DNA of 63,825 nt, filler included, from Welwitschia mirabilis (Eukaryota), in assembly GCA_051453625.1 (NCBI GenBank). It is 6 parts of one record of this genome, joined end to end, with 100 filler letters (N's around TTAATTAATTAA, not from the genome) between each part and the next. Parts side by side here need not be neighbours in the genome. Positions count along the whole stretch, not along the records: positions 1 to 29,782 come from JBOZIK010000001.1; positions 29,883 to 47,465 come from JBOZIK010000001.1; 4 more parts are not named here. The stretch is one strand, 5' to 3'. Both the position numbers and the translations under genes were made by a program. Below, in pieces: positions 27,201-41,500 of the stretch (its first letter is position 1; each line of letters opens with the position of its first letter). The notes beneath the pieces were generated by a model. It saw only the letters and a list, made by a program, of their open reading frames with translations. It made no database searches and was not told the origin of the DNA.

Positions 27201-29506
27201 GAGAATTTGCTAGGAAAAAATCATTTATATTTTCTTCTTATTAGGTCTTTTCATAATTTTGAGTACCTTGGGTTTTCTTGTAAACATTTCCAAGAAGTAA
27301 GTTTATGCTCATATTTTTCATCAACGCTTTTAAATGATCATTAAAAATTGAATTTTTGTTAAGCCTATACATCCAAGGGGTTGTTTGTTGGGAAGGTTTT
27401 TTTTCCTTCTTTTTGCTAAGAGAAGGGAAGTTGTAATCTTCTAGTATCTCAATGTTCTCTTCCTCTTTTTCTTCATTATTTCTAAAGTTATTTTTAGAGA
27501 TAGAAGGTTCACATGGAGGAGTTTTTTTTTTTTTTTGGCCACTTTTTATCACAACATTATAATCTTTTCTTAGTTCATTTGGGTTTGATAAAGTTTGTAT
27601 TACCAAAGTTCCTTAAGATCTTCGGTTTGCTAATATTATTTGTTAAAGGATGTTCACTAAGTTTTCCATGTTAGCATTTGATATTTCAAAGGTGGTACTT
27701 TGTCTTTTAATGTTGAGATTTGTTTTATAATTTCATCCATAAGATTTGTAATTGGATCATCTAGATGTTGGTAGTTGGATTTTGAATTAGTTTCTAAAAG
27801 GTTGAGAATTGTTTTGAAAATGAGTGTTTAATCTTGATTGTGCTGGATTTTGGTTTTGGAACTTTTGAGATGGTTGGTTGAAAGCACAAATTTTTCACAT
27901 ATCCTATCTTTATATGTTGGTAAAAGAGTATAGTTTTTGATGACATGATAATTATCCTCACATAGGTCACAAGTTTGCACAACATTTCTTTTAGTTGCAG
28001 TTTTAGCATCTAAGAGCATTTCCGCATACTTCTCTAAGGTTATTGTAAAATCTTTCATGTGATTTATAGGATTATATTCTATCTCTTTTTGTTGTTTAAT
28101 CTCTTTTAAGTCCTTAATGAATTGGCCTATAGTTTGATTTTCTTTAGGATTTAACCAAGTTTGACTAACCTTCACAAGTTCTTATAATTTTATCTAGGCA
28201 TTTTATAATGTAAGGTTCATGAGGTTTTCACCATAAGAAAAATCTACAAGTTGTTTTGTATGGGGGGTTAATCCACTATAAAAATGGTCTAGTTTTTCTA
28301 TTCTTGAAAAATCATCTACTGGATTATAATGGATTGCTATGAAAAAATATTCATAAGTGGATGCATAATATTCATTTGGTTTTTATTAAAAGTAAGTTAC
28401 CTCTTTTCTCCTCTTTCTCATAGTTTTTTTACTTGTAAATATTTTTACAAGAGCTTTTAACCTGATCCCATGTTTTTAAGCTTTTTTTAGAGTATGGTTT
28501 TTAACCAAACATTTGCTCTACCCTTTAATGTTATGGAAAATATTACCATATATGTTTTATCAGTGATTTTTTCCTTTACATTTTCCAAGATGAGGATTAG
28601 TTATTTAATATCTGACAATGTATTAAAGGATATCCTCATTATATTCTCCACTAAAAGTTGAGTAGGCATGTAAATTTTTGAGCTCAACATCATCTGCTAG
28701 CGGTAGATCAAAAGGAGTTGGAATTTCTTATTCTTGTTAGCTAATAATTCTCTCAAGGTAAGATTTGTATTAGGGGTAGAAGATCCCATGAATTATTTTT
28801 GCTTACTAGAGGTACTTAACATTATGAATTGGTTCTCTCTTTATATAGGATTTTCATCAAGAAAATTTGACTTAGAAAAAATAAATTTGGAATGAGGTTT
28901 GAGTGCACTTAGAGATCACTTTTCTGATTTATTTTTTATATCCACTAGTCCTTCTTTGATGTCCTTTTCTATCAGTATCTTTTCTCTCAGATATCTCTTC
29001 TCTATGTTGACATATTACAACATCCTGTAAATAACAAATAATAGAAAACAAGATAAAAAATAATAGACTATCATCCTATCTATTGTGAGGATAATAGAAG
29101 GGATGATATACAAAGAAACCAAAAAAACAGAAATAGAATAGTAACTAAAATAGAAATGGAAAACACAGAAAATAGGACTATCATCCACTTGGACATTTGA
29201 ATGTCCCAAGAGATAATAGAAACTAATTTATTTTAAAAAAATCACAATCCAACAATAAAATCAAAAGTAAAAATAGCAAACTATCATCCTGACTATTATG
29301 AAGATGACAGAGGGGATGACCACTCTTTTTCTACAGAAAACAAAAAATAAAAACCTAAAACTAAAAAATAGCATATAGAAAACCTACAAGTCCTAATAAA
29401 ATACAATGCCACATAGATAAATAATCAAAAAGAGGTCTAATATATTTACCCAAATGATGACAACCCTTGTACTCCTCAATATCCTTCCCCAACAATAGCA
29501 CCAAAA

Positions 29507-29782
29507 TGTTTAGATGTGTATTTGCACAAGCTCTTACATTCAAAAAGATCCTATCATTTATAACCAAAATAGATATATTACATAATACATCATATTAGAG
29601 TAGGGGGAGTAGACCCAAAATGTCATATTAACGTTAAAGTCTATGAGTATGAGACTTAGGTTTCTTTGTAAAAGGATACTAGGAATAAAAAGTAAAGAAT
29701 AATGTAAGAAATAAAAGGTATAATGCAAATGCAAGATATAACTAATCTAAATGAAATGCAAAATAAACTAACTCTACTTACT
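29507..29782 (-). repeat. Partial 5' LTR of element C
   Basis: Adjacent to the PBS tccccaacaatagcacca and truncated by a scaffold gap. Confidence 0.85.
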
Positions 29783-29882
29783 NNNNNNNNNNNNNNNNNN
29801 NNNNNNNNNNNNNNNNNNNNNNNNNNTTAATTAATTAANNNNNNNNNNNNNNNNNNNNNNNNNNNNNNNNNNNNNNNNNNNN
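29783..29882. other. Artificial 100-bp scaffold spacer (N44-TTAATTAATTAA-N44); the same 12-mer starts at 47510, 56740, 58315 and 61393
   Basis: An identical palindromic six-frame stop linker is centred in each N run. Confidence 0.95.
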
Positions 29883-29979
29883 ATGTCAATAGTCATGGAA
29901 ACTGAGCATTTATCTGTTAGTTTATCTGCAAAACAACTCAAAATACACTATCAAATACAGTTAAGTTGGCAGCGCAACA
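29883..29979 (-). repeat. 5' terminus of a family 4 LTR at a contig edge
   Basis: Reverse complement of tgttgcg(a)cgccaacttaagtgtatttgata, as at 43337 and 56621. Confidence 0.85.
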
Positions 29980-32900
29980 ATGGACTCATTCCTAACTATT
30001 ACTTCTCATTGTTGTCATTATTCTTCTTGTTTCTAGTCTCTTATATTATAGGTATCATTAACTTTGCATTTCACATATCTATTTAAATTAGTGATACTTT
30101 TATTTATTTCATTTGAAATATCACACATACTAAAGTAGTTGTAAAATGAATAATATAATTCTCAATTCAAAAATTAGATGCACTTATTACTTCTATCCCT
30201 TACTAGTTTAAATTTAGTAGATCATAATTCTCAAAGTTCACATGTTAAAAGGCTCATCTCACATGACTCTAATATAGAAATTCTTAGCATTTTACTATTA
30301 TGAAACCATGTATGATTTTGTAGATCTACATTCATCAAAAATTACTAAATTTGGGAAAATTGTTGAAATACTAAATCACATTCAAATAATAACATCAACT
30401 ATTTGTATTTTTTATTTTTATTTTTTTAAGAAGTTAATTCATAAAAAATCATATTACACTTTCTAAGATTGTTGGTTGCTTGGGCTATATGAAAATGCAT
30501 GGGTGGCTCTTATGAACTTGAAAGCTAGCCATTAAATATTCAAGACTTACCTCAAAGATGCTGAAGCTCATATCCAAATGCACCTTGAATACATGAACAA
30601 AAATCACAAGCCAACCCACATACCATATAGTCTAAACCCAAGATACTAAACTCTCAACTTATAAAAATGGCTTGAATCAGCTACACTATGCACAAGGTTC
30701 ATTGAGAACTTGTTTGTTGGGGTTTTTGTAAGCTTTGTATAACATATGGATGCAAGATAAAATAAGTAAAGTGGTACAAGAGAAAATATTATGTGTTCAT
30801 ATATTCTTTTACTGTATAAAATTGGTTAATGTTGATCCACTTGCAAACCATTAAAATTATCCAAATAAATACAATATAATTACAATTCTCACATCAAGTT
30901 ATGTTATTTACACTTAATAAAAGTCATTAAATTCCATTGAAAAATTAACATTCTTTCTTCAACAAATCTAGCATTTGTCTCTTTCACTTTAATACATGAT
31001 GCACATAAAAATCCCAAGATCCAACTTTTGCAATGTAAAACCAAAAATACAACAATATTAAAAGTAATTAATGAATAGAATTTCTCTTAATAAGAAAACT
31101 TACATAGAATATAATCTTAAATCATTAGCTTAAGCAAGGTCTGCTTTGAAACACATTTCCATCAGAATGTTTTAAGTCTAAATGAAAATCTTATGATCAT
31201 GAAAAGCAAATTGCCACTACTCTTTTTGGTTTATAGGCATGAAGCATGCTATTATAAACTTTAAAAAAACCTAATTTAGGCCTCTTACCACATTATAATG
31301 TTAAAACTAATGATTACAAGATTCAAATCCTAAAAATTAAATAAAATGTTAATTTACTAATTTGGGCATAACTTCATCATTTCTTAGATAAATCAGCAAA
31401 TGACCTATGATTTTCAAGCTAAGAAAGAGACTGATGTGACCCAGTTGGTTGGGTCATGAAATTCCATCAACTAGCCCATGAAACAGGTTCCACAAATATA
31501 AAACCAGCCTTAGATTCTAAGCTTAAATCCTAATCGAAAAATACAATTTGAAAACTTATGGACCCAAATTTAAATAGCTAATAAATCTAGCTTGTAATGA
31601 GTTTAATTATTGATTTTGTTTTTTAACCGATATTCCTGCATCAATACATATAACTTATTATTGGCCTTTTTAATTTGTGTGAAGTAGGTTTCTAGGCAAT
31701 TATATGTAATGTTAATGATGTTTAAACATATAATTAGCATTATGCAGTGAATATACTTTTGTTTTATTTGTGATCTCTTTTTAATGAGTTTGTGTTATTT
31801 ATTATTAATTTAGTAAATTTATGATGTTGATAATAAAGAGTTATTAGATAAAGAGTAAATCACTTCTTATATTAAAGTTAAAAGAGAACATATCCTTATT
31901 TAGTTATGGATATGCATAATCTAAAAAATATTATAAAGTAAGATATTTAGCATTCTAGATTGGATCACATGTTATTAGAAAGCATATGAGGCTTTAAATG
32001 AAATCTTAAATATTTATTATTCAAATATATATTAACAAAATACCTTAATCAAGTCCTAAGAAAGAAAAAAAGTTTTCAATATCAATAATTAATTTAATAA
32101 CCTTAATAAAGGGTAAATCTAAAAAATCCATAAAATAAGGTAGAGCACAGTCTTGTAGAGCATTAACATGAAAACTCAATCTACATTATCAAATTATTAA
32201 GACGACATAAAGATTAATAAAAATATTATATAAAATAACTTTTCATATCATGAAGGTTTCAAAGAACTCAGTTAGTAAAAAGTTTTGAGTAGAATATTTT
32301 GCATGTAAGGGTATGATATCATAACATGATAAGACCAAATTAATCTATTCCAAGAAAGGCATCCATTTTGGGATATAACCTAATATTTACAAGTATATCA
32401 TAATGAAATATTAGCAGCATGTTACTTAAATAAATCATTGGATAAGATAAAATTAAAATTTATACTTACTATTATGCCTTTAGAATTATTTGATGAGGCT
32501 CTTTTGCATATGTAATAACATTTACAATATCCGAGTCACTCATGTAAATGGAGATATTATTTTAATATTTAAAACCCTTGTATATTGTGTCTTCACAACT
32601 AGAAGAGGAAAAATACCTCTTTCATTGACCTCCCTAATATTATTAACATTATTTATATAAATTAATATATTAATAGCTAGTTATAAATATTTTTCTATAA
32701 ATGTTTATTAAATTTTTATCATGTGAAATAGTTTTATTTTTTAAATTTACAAAACTAATATGCCTTTTTACAAAATATATAGAGAGGATTCTATAACTTT
32801 TTAACATTGTCTTTTAGCTCTTAGGAATAATAGTCAAATTATAATATAAGAAGAAATCATCCCATGAATATCAATGTCTTTTAAAAATTATAACAAAGTA

Positions 32901-33921
32901 TCTAATTAATTAATTATTTTTAATATGTTTATTAATCAATTATTAAAATAAAGGAATGATGATAAGTAATTGAATTCCTTGAATAACAACTCCTATTTAT
33001 TCAAAAATTTATTTGACAAGTTATTAAAGATTTATATCATTAGTAAATAATAATAAGATAATCTAAACAATATAAATATAAAGGAAAGTAGGTAAGTAAG
33101 TAAAAAACTCCTCTAGTTCCTACCTTAAAAGTTTCTTGAAAAATGGTTTCTATAAAATTTCACATATATTATGTATCTATGATCCACTCATACTAACATA
33201 TCATCATAGAATGTTTTTACACATTTACATTAAAAAAAGATTTTATTATATTCAACTATATGATATGATACAAACACCTTTCTTTCCCTGTGAGGGGAAT
33301 TAGAGTGTTGATTATTAACTTAAAATATTTGGTGATTATATCTTTCCTAGGAAATATAGCCACCATTCAACTAAATGATTTAATTATGTTTAAGATCTTA
33401 TAATATGCCAAATAGGATGTTAAAACATTCAAGCCCATGCCTCTTGAGTGAAGATGTAATGGTACACAAATTGAACTACCATCCCATTAGAATGTTGCCT
33501 CTAAAGTACTTTTAGAAAAATCAAAATGTAATTATATAAATGATATAATAAGTTTTTAGATATGGTATAATAATATAATATCTTTTATTGATATCCTTTT
33601 TTAAAATAAGTAATAATACTTAAATTATTTTTGGATTCCTAATATTGATACTATGTATGTATGTATGTATTGATATTATTATAAAGGGGTTTTTATAACT
33701 ATGAAGACATAAGATGCAACTTTAAACATTACAATAATCTCACCCTTGACATGTGGTATTTAAATACAATAAACATTTTTGAATATAATTCTAAAGTTAG
33801 AATAGAAAGTAAAATTTTAATTTTATTTTTCTTAATGATTTATTTGAATAATATAATTTCAATCATTCCTTTTGATATATTTTCTTGAAAATATTAGGGT
33901 TTTTTTTCCAAGATAAACATC

Positions 33922-36900
33922 TATTATGATGCATATTTGTGCAAATGTTACATCCTCAGAAGATCTTGTAAATCACAAATATATATAGATTTTGNNNNNN
34001 NNNNNNNNNNNNNNNNNNNNNNNNNNNNNNNNATGTCATAATCTTATTGAAGGCACAAGTGAGAGGAAAGAGAATTAATTTTGAAAATGAAACACTATCT
34101 AACCTTAAAGTAGAACAAACTAACAATGCAAAAATAATAATGTAAACACACTATGCAAATGAAATTCAAGTTCTATTCTAAATGTAGCTTCTATTTTATT
34201 ACCAAATCAACCTATCATAGAGATTTGGCCTTATATAATCTAGATCAATCAAGGAATATCATAACTAGATCAAGACTAATCTAATCTATCAAGCACATCA
34301 AACAGAACATGAAAATAATGCAAAGTTACCTAGAAAACGAAATGCAATGCACCAAACTAACAATGTCAATATTAACAAAGGTTACCTTTGTAACTTATAT
34401 CATCAAAGAAGCTATCATAGAATTAGAGGCAACATAAACCATTAGGAAGATACATAAAATAAAAGATATGAAAATAAAGACAAAGTTTCGATTAAAAGCA
34501 AACCAACATCCTTGTTACAAAGTAGTAGCATTTTAATGAAGGATACATAGTTTAATACGAAGGAATATGTCTCTCTACAACAATAATGAATGGATCTCTA
34601 ATCCTTCAATATTTTATCATAAGAATTTCTAATGAAAACAAAGATAAAAATGGAGTTAAGGGTGGAGGAGGTCTTTATTACAAAATAGACTCTAAAATCA
34701 AAAAATACAAACATATGTATTATCAACCCTAACAACCACATAAGAAGATGCAAGCCACATGGCCAGATTTTGGTGAAGTTTCATGAAGCATTTATTTTAA
34801 GTGTTATCCTAATGGTCATTTAGACATCACAGGAAATGATGTCACATCATATGAGTTCCACATCAACTACCAAATTGATCTAGTAAGAATCTTCCTTAGC
34901 TTAAGTCATCCAGATGATTAGGTGAATAATGAGCTTTCATAAAATATTTCTTATATTACATTAACCTCTTTCATTACAGGATTGTTTCTTCATATAGAAA
35001 TTATTATAAATTCTTCACATGCTATCAAATGTAATAAATATTACATGTTTTTGTAACATTTTTCTTAGCTCTTAATTATTATTAAAAATTAGCATAAACC
35101 TATTTAATGTCTTGTAAAACTACTCAAAATACTCTATCAAATATATACAATTTGATAATGTAACATAGCCCCTCATTTAGCCTTATTAGTCCCTGATAAA
35201 ACTAGGCAAACAACCACAATTATAAGCTAAATTATCTAATAATAAATTAATTAAGAAACTATGAAATAAACTTAGAAAGATTTTTAGAAATGTCAAAATA
35301 TGGAATAGAAATGTTAAAAATAGATAACTAAATTTTTTATCTATGTAATGCTACTGGCCATACTATCATCCCAGTGATCATCTAGATGATGGAGGGCACA
35401 ACAAGCTAAAAAAATGTTCTTAAAAAATAGAAGCCTGCAAAATTTTTTTTAGAAAGATAGACATTAAATATACTAATAGTTAATATTCCCCACTAAAATC
35501 TACTATAGATAAAAGATAATTGTATATAACATAAACGATCCTTATCATATCAAAAATGGGATATAAAAATATATCTGATATCTAGAAATAATAATATGCA
35601 CCATGATGATACTCAAAAAATAAGATGTCTATATATAAATCATGAATTTTATACAATATAAGGAGGGAAAGGTAAAAAAATACAATAATAAGTAGTCATT
35701 TACCTCATCTAGTCATGATAAAATCTTAGCAGATGGCAAGCTTAAGTGCAAGAGAAGAATAGAAAGAATGCTTAGGATCTGTAGGGAAATGATGGTCAGG
35801 TGATGTTGTAATCCTCCATGCTATCTCATCTCCTTGTACTAAAACAATCTCTAGGAGGTCTACCATCACACTATGCTCTATTCGTAAGATGCACTATCAC
35901 ATATCCACTAGCTACTTCTTGGTGCATTTTACTCTCCTCTCAATCATTTAGATTGTTTACTCTAATATAGAGACTCCTCAGTCTACAATCCCTCTATGGT
36001 CTTAGTAGTCTCCGCTAAGAGGACCTGAAACTATAGGTATCTATACCTAAGATCTCTTTGCCTCTCTTAGTATTTAAATATCCATGTCTTAAAGGTAACA
36101 AGCTAAATTTTATATATGCATGAATTATCACTCACTTATAGGCTCTAACATGATGAAGCATCTAAACATGAATGAGAGGAGGTGTATATATCTAAGAGTC
36201 TAAAGTTGACGTTCCTCTACCATTATCCCAAGTCTTTTTCATATAAATATAGATAAGTCCATCTACTTAGCCTGCCTGAATAGTACTAATATCTGTAAAT
36301 GCACCACCATAGCATGACTATCATGGAAGAAGAGACTGATGTTATGAATTAGTCCTCTATGCAAAATCCAATAGGTAGGTGTCAACTATGTAACTAAAAT
36401 TCCTTACATATATAGAGTCATGCTTATTAGTATATTAAGAACTACACTGTAAGCATGACATTTCTTTATGGCACCAAATAAATGCATGTGTGTACTTTTG
36501 ATACTATCAAGATCAGTTACTATGGTGATGTGTTTAGGAGGATAGTGATCTCATAACCTCATATCATAGCTACTATCATATCTATAACCTAGCCACGAGC
36601 ATTAGCTCATCAATCTATGTGCATCATATTGTAAAATTCCCTAGTCACTAACATGTAATATGCCCCCTGTGTATTTAATATCCACTAAAGTTATAAGCCT
36701 ATAAATCATTAGTCCACATCATGCTTCACATGACTTATGAAATCACTAAAGTGCCTTTCAAGATAAATGATCACAGTCTGGTTAGTCAATGATCAAGCAT
36801 GTCAAGGTGGAGGATGAACTATCTCTACTCACTCAATCTCTAATGATACCAATGGACTTGCCTGCTATTCAATAGCTTTGGCCTCAGCATCAGGCTATCT

Positions 36901-37190
36901 ATCTCTATGTGTCCGTGGCATCCTTAGTTATAAATACATAATACGTCATGTAATATTAGGTGAAAATAGCTAAAATATGTCATGTGGATGCTCAAAATGA
37001 CCCTATAACTAGTTTAAAATGTGTAAAAATTATGAAAATATGTCTTTCTATCTTTTTCAAAAGTGTTAATTATTGGATTATGTTTTGCCAATTGATGTCA
37101 AACTAATGTATTTTGTATAGCAAATGTTATAAACTCAATTTACATTCTTTTAAGCACTATTTTCATCTTAGACAAATCAGCTCGTAATCT
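33922..37190 (-). mobile_element. Athila-type element D, 3' part: accessory ORF remnant, PPT and 3' LTR at 33922-35165 (LTR family 3)
   Basis: PPT aggctaaatgaggggcta abuts the LTR start tgttac at 35165. The LTR and internal region are homologous to 52834-56006 on the opposite strand. Confidence 0.8.
35750..36922 (-). pseudogene. Decayed 3' accessory (env-position) ORF of element D
   Basis: Begins MPRTHRDR*PDAEAKAIE*QASPLV and contains YYMLVTREFYNM; homologous to 53079-54300. Confidence 0.7.
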
Positions 37191-37239
37191 AGTTGATCAC
37201 ATGTTTTATCAAGGATTAAGAAGGCTAAGTAGAAGGATA

Positions 37240-38587
37240 TGTTGCAATGCCAATTTATAGGAATTTGATGGTGTACTTTGAGTGCTTTTATAAGACATTT
37301 ATATAGGTTTTGATGTAATACTGATGACTATGAAGATTTGACAGGATGATCAATAAAACATGTGATCCTTATCATTTTTGACAGTTTCTTAGGCTTATTC
37401 AAATACTGCATAATTAGAAGGAGGACCTTATGATGCAAAATATTGACTTACCTTGGAGAGTGGAGAAAAGAATGATCATTATCCCCTTGTCATCCTCATG
37501 ACATACAGGACGATTACACTACTGATATGAACTAAGACTGCGGGATTGATAGTAGCACATGAAGCACATGAAGACATGTGACATGGCATCATCCCCTATG
37601 TTGTCTATACAACATGCGAAAGACGACATCAGTAACATGAATAGGTAACCCATGGGACTAATGGCATCACATGAGACACATGAAGGTATGTGACACGTGG
37701 CATCGTCCCCCTAGTTATCCCCATGATAGTCAAGATGATAACTATTTTTACATGTTTAGAATAAATATCATTGTAAATGGGGTAAAACAACCCATGTGGA
37801 TAATTAGGTTTTTATTTCCTGCCTTTAGGGTTTTTCCTTCAATTCCCCAAGTGAAAAACTATAAATACCCTTTTCCTCCTTCATTTATACTCCATCTTTT
37901 GTACCTAATACTTGTGACAGAGGATTGAAGGGTAAGAGATCCATCCAGTGCTACAAAAAGGAGTCTCCTTGGTGTTAGGCTGAGTCTCTTCTATTGAGGT
38001 TTTATTATTCTAATTATAAGTGAATGTATGTTCTGAATACTCTTTGAGTTAATACAATTTCTCCTTTTTAATTCTAATGTTGTGGATGTCCCTTATGATT
38101 TAAGTTGGTCATAGTTATGTGACGGATCTGTGATTTATTTAGATCATAAGGGCAACACTTATTAATGTTGACCTTGGTTAGTAGTAGTAGATTTACATTC
38201 TATTTTCATTTCATTTCATATCACATATTACATATTCTTACTTGGATGGATCTCATAGTTTATGTTGTTTAAGAACTAGTGGATGCTCTTCTTAATTAAT
38301 ATAAGTTATAGAAAAAGTAGTCTTTATGACAGAAGGACTAGGATCTAAGTAGGACCCATTTTCATTTCCATTCATTGCATTTCCTATTCATTCAATCTTG
38401 CATTACATTTACTTAAAAAAGGACTAAAAATACTTCAAAAAATTAATTCTCTAACTCTAAGCCTAGTGCCTTTGTTGGATTATGACATTTAGGTGAACTC
38501 TTGTCTATACTAGTATGTATTTTGTGAAAGTTATATGATTTATAGGTTTGTCTAAATGACATCAAGATTGCATAAACTCACACAACA
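37240..38587 (+). repeat. Family 1 LTR preceded by a PPT; probable 3' LTR of copy B
   Basis: tgttgcaatg...cacaaca termini, PPT-like aaggctaagtagaaggata upstream, TATA-like ctataaata at 37859, followed by TTGAG. Confidence 0.9.
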
Positions 38588-41500
38588 TTGAGCTTGAAAA
38601 ACTTCTTATGTAAGACCTTGTCATGGACCATACTAGGAACTATGAAGGTTATAGTTTTCATATCATACTATTTGTGTTTAACAGATGGTTGAGTGGAGTA
38701 TAGAAAAAGTTGATTTATCTTACTAAGAAGGGCATTTGAAAATGTTGATTGTTCTAGCTTGTGCATGAGAAATTATTAAAATGGAGTAATTTATTCATCC
38801 TTGTAACTTATCATATATTATATCTTGTGCTTGAATTTTGAGATATGATGTCAATATGACACGTCTATTTTTTAGAAATAAAGAATTATTTATTTTATCA
38901 TGTATTTAAATATTAAGTAAGTTATTTATCTTCTTTGCCTTTAAAAGTTACTTAAGGATGTATTTTATTTGCATGCATATAGATTCATTGAAGAGTAGTT
39001 GATTCAAATATTAAATAACAATATTTATAAAAGTTTAAGATCATAGTTTTGATTTAAAACTCTTATAACATCAAAGTGAGTTTAAAGTTTTAAACATTAG
39101 AAATTTGGGGTATTACATTTTAGTATTAGAGCCTAGGTTGCAATTCACTAGGAATAATTGTTGTAAAGCCATTATACATTTCAACATTAGAGCCTACTTT
39201 GTAATTCAGTAAGCATAATTACTTATATGGCATATGTTATGAAGAAATAAGATGAAGTGTAGTAAAACTAGGAATATATTAAATACAATTGGAGGTTATT
39301 TTGTTATGCTTTTAATATTGTGGAACAAGAAAAGAGATAAAAAAGTATAAATATAAATCCAAAAAGTATGACATGCTGTTATCAATTTGTAAATTATGTG
39401 TATATGCTTAACTAAGTTATCATCAGAATAAATAAAAAAGAAGACAATGATAATACAACAAATTAACATAAATATACAATAATCAATCAAGAAATCCATA
39501 AAGCATGGATATTTTTGGAAGGTTGTATTCAAATTATTTCAAGGTTATAATCTGTACACTTAACAAAGAAGAATAATACAACATTAAAATATGTGAGTAG
39601 ATCTAGTTGGTTGTATTAATAAAATTCACTAGGATTTCTTTTTATATGTAAGTCTCCTTGAAAGCTTTGAGAATTTATTGATAGCAAGTGTCCTTATACA
39701 ATAAAATAGAAAAACAAAGGAATTAATCATGCGAGAAGAATGGGTTCTGTGTGGTACAACATTAATGGATGAAATTTAAATTTTAAAAGTACAAAAATTT
39801 GATAAACATTCCATTGATTTACTAATCTCTGTAGTTTTCCTTTTTCCTTTGAGAGAGTAATCATTTGTTAATTATTTAATTGCTGATTCTTACCATTTAA
39901 AGTTAGCATCTTTGTAATCAAAATTAGATGTAGGTAAGTGAAAATGCATAAGTTAAGTTAGCTTATGCTTGAAAGTACTAGAAAGTCATCTTGAGGATAT
40001 TCTTGAGGAACTTAATGAGTTAGTAGGTTTTCTTCTAGTAGACTTTAGTCTCTAATATTATGTAGTAAAAATCCTAGTTGCTACACTAGAACACTAAGGA
40101 AATTTCCATGAATACTTATAATGACAGTTTTATTGATATTTGCAGTAGTAGTAATTGTGCACTTCTACAAGTTATATTTGGATGTTACATGCCAAAGGGC
40201 AAGTATATGATTCCATAGAGTGATGTAGTTGAATTATTTTTTCTCTCTGATATAATACTTGAAATCTTAAACGCTTTCATAGTAGATAGGATTAAAAAAA
40301 TAAAAAAAAAGGAAAAAAAAGAAGAGATGCAAAGTAAAGCATGAGAATTATTCATCGGTTTGTTGGAAATGCCTAACATAGTAGCTATGAATTAATGAAG
40401 CCTTATAACAGATCGAATACACAAAGTACTAAATTCTTTAGAACTTGAGATAAATTAGGTTGGTCTAGAATTATAGGAAGCATATGTAAATTATAAAATG
40501 ATAACCCAAATAGATATCATACGATATTTCAAATTGCATTATATCCATCTTAAACTCATTACTTTTGCCATTGTTGGATTTCTGGGTGTTGTGCAAATGG
40601 GAACTTTTGCAATCTATGAAAACATGAAGTTGCAAATGCTATTAAGTGTATGAAGAGTGCTTCACTAAACTCCATTACATTTGTGGAAGGAAAGAAAGAA
40701 GAACTTACACTCATAGTGAGTACCTTTCTAGCTAGTGAACTTTGATTTGGACTATTTTTGAGTGTTCTAGAATTCATTGAAAAAGTGAGTTAGGCTCGAA
40801 GCTTATTAAAGTATATATAGTTCAAACTGATGATAGATATGCCTTGGGCTAAGAAGAAAATTTGGTACCATATATTGGACTTATACATGTATTTCCTAAC
40901 CCATCTTATAGAAATCTCCAATGATTATACCTTTCTTTACATGTGCTTGGGAATAGAGAAATTAGAATTTATAGTTAAACATATGATCTAGGTGATTATC
41001 CATGATTCCTTCTTTTTGGCCATTCCTATATTTTCAAATGCTTAATTTTTTATTGTGATTGTATCTCAAGAGGTACATTTAGTAAAAATCTTTCCTTAAC
41101 AAACTTCATTAACCATGTCATTATCTCTTACATTATTGCTTATGTATTATTCATGTATGAGCCTGGTTCATGTTATTTTCACAAATATGAAATATCATAT
41201 TTAGCTTTTAAAAAAACTCTTATAATAATGAAAAAAAATAAGTTACAAATGGACAATTAATTTTAATTCTTGCTATTTCAAAAAGCTTTAATATAAAATG
41301 ATTGAAAATCTCTTTTCATTAATTACTATTTGATCTTTATAGATAAGATAAAGTGGTTAATGATAATCCATCACATAAATGTTGAAGTTCCACATTTCCT
41401 TTCACTTTAGTTAGAGAACATCACATTTAAAGGAACACTTTGAACTATATTATAAATAAATGTTTCTCATCTCTTAAAAGTTTAAAGAGATGTCTATCTA

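Larger units (their letters stand above)
23249..29782 (-). mobile_element. Athila-type element C, non-autonomous (gag and protease only), with both LTRs visible
   Basis: The 3' LTR (23249-24295) matches the partial 5' LTR (29507-29782). PBS at 29486-29503; PPT aggttaagtggaggggata next to 24295; gag ORFs 27241-28175; protease 26675-27090; no RT, RNase H or integrase motif seen. Confidence 0.85.

Noticed and set aside
29827..29838. TTAATTAATTAA palindrome recurring five times inside N runs
   Set aside because: It is an artificial six-frame stop linker added during pseudomolecule building, not biological sequence.
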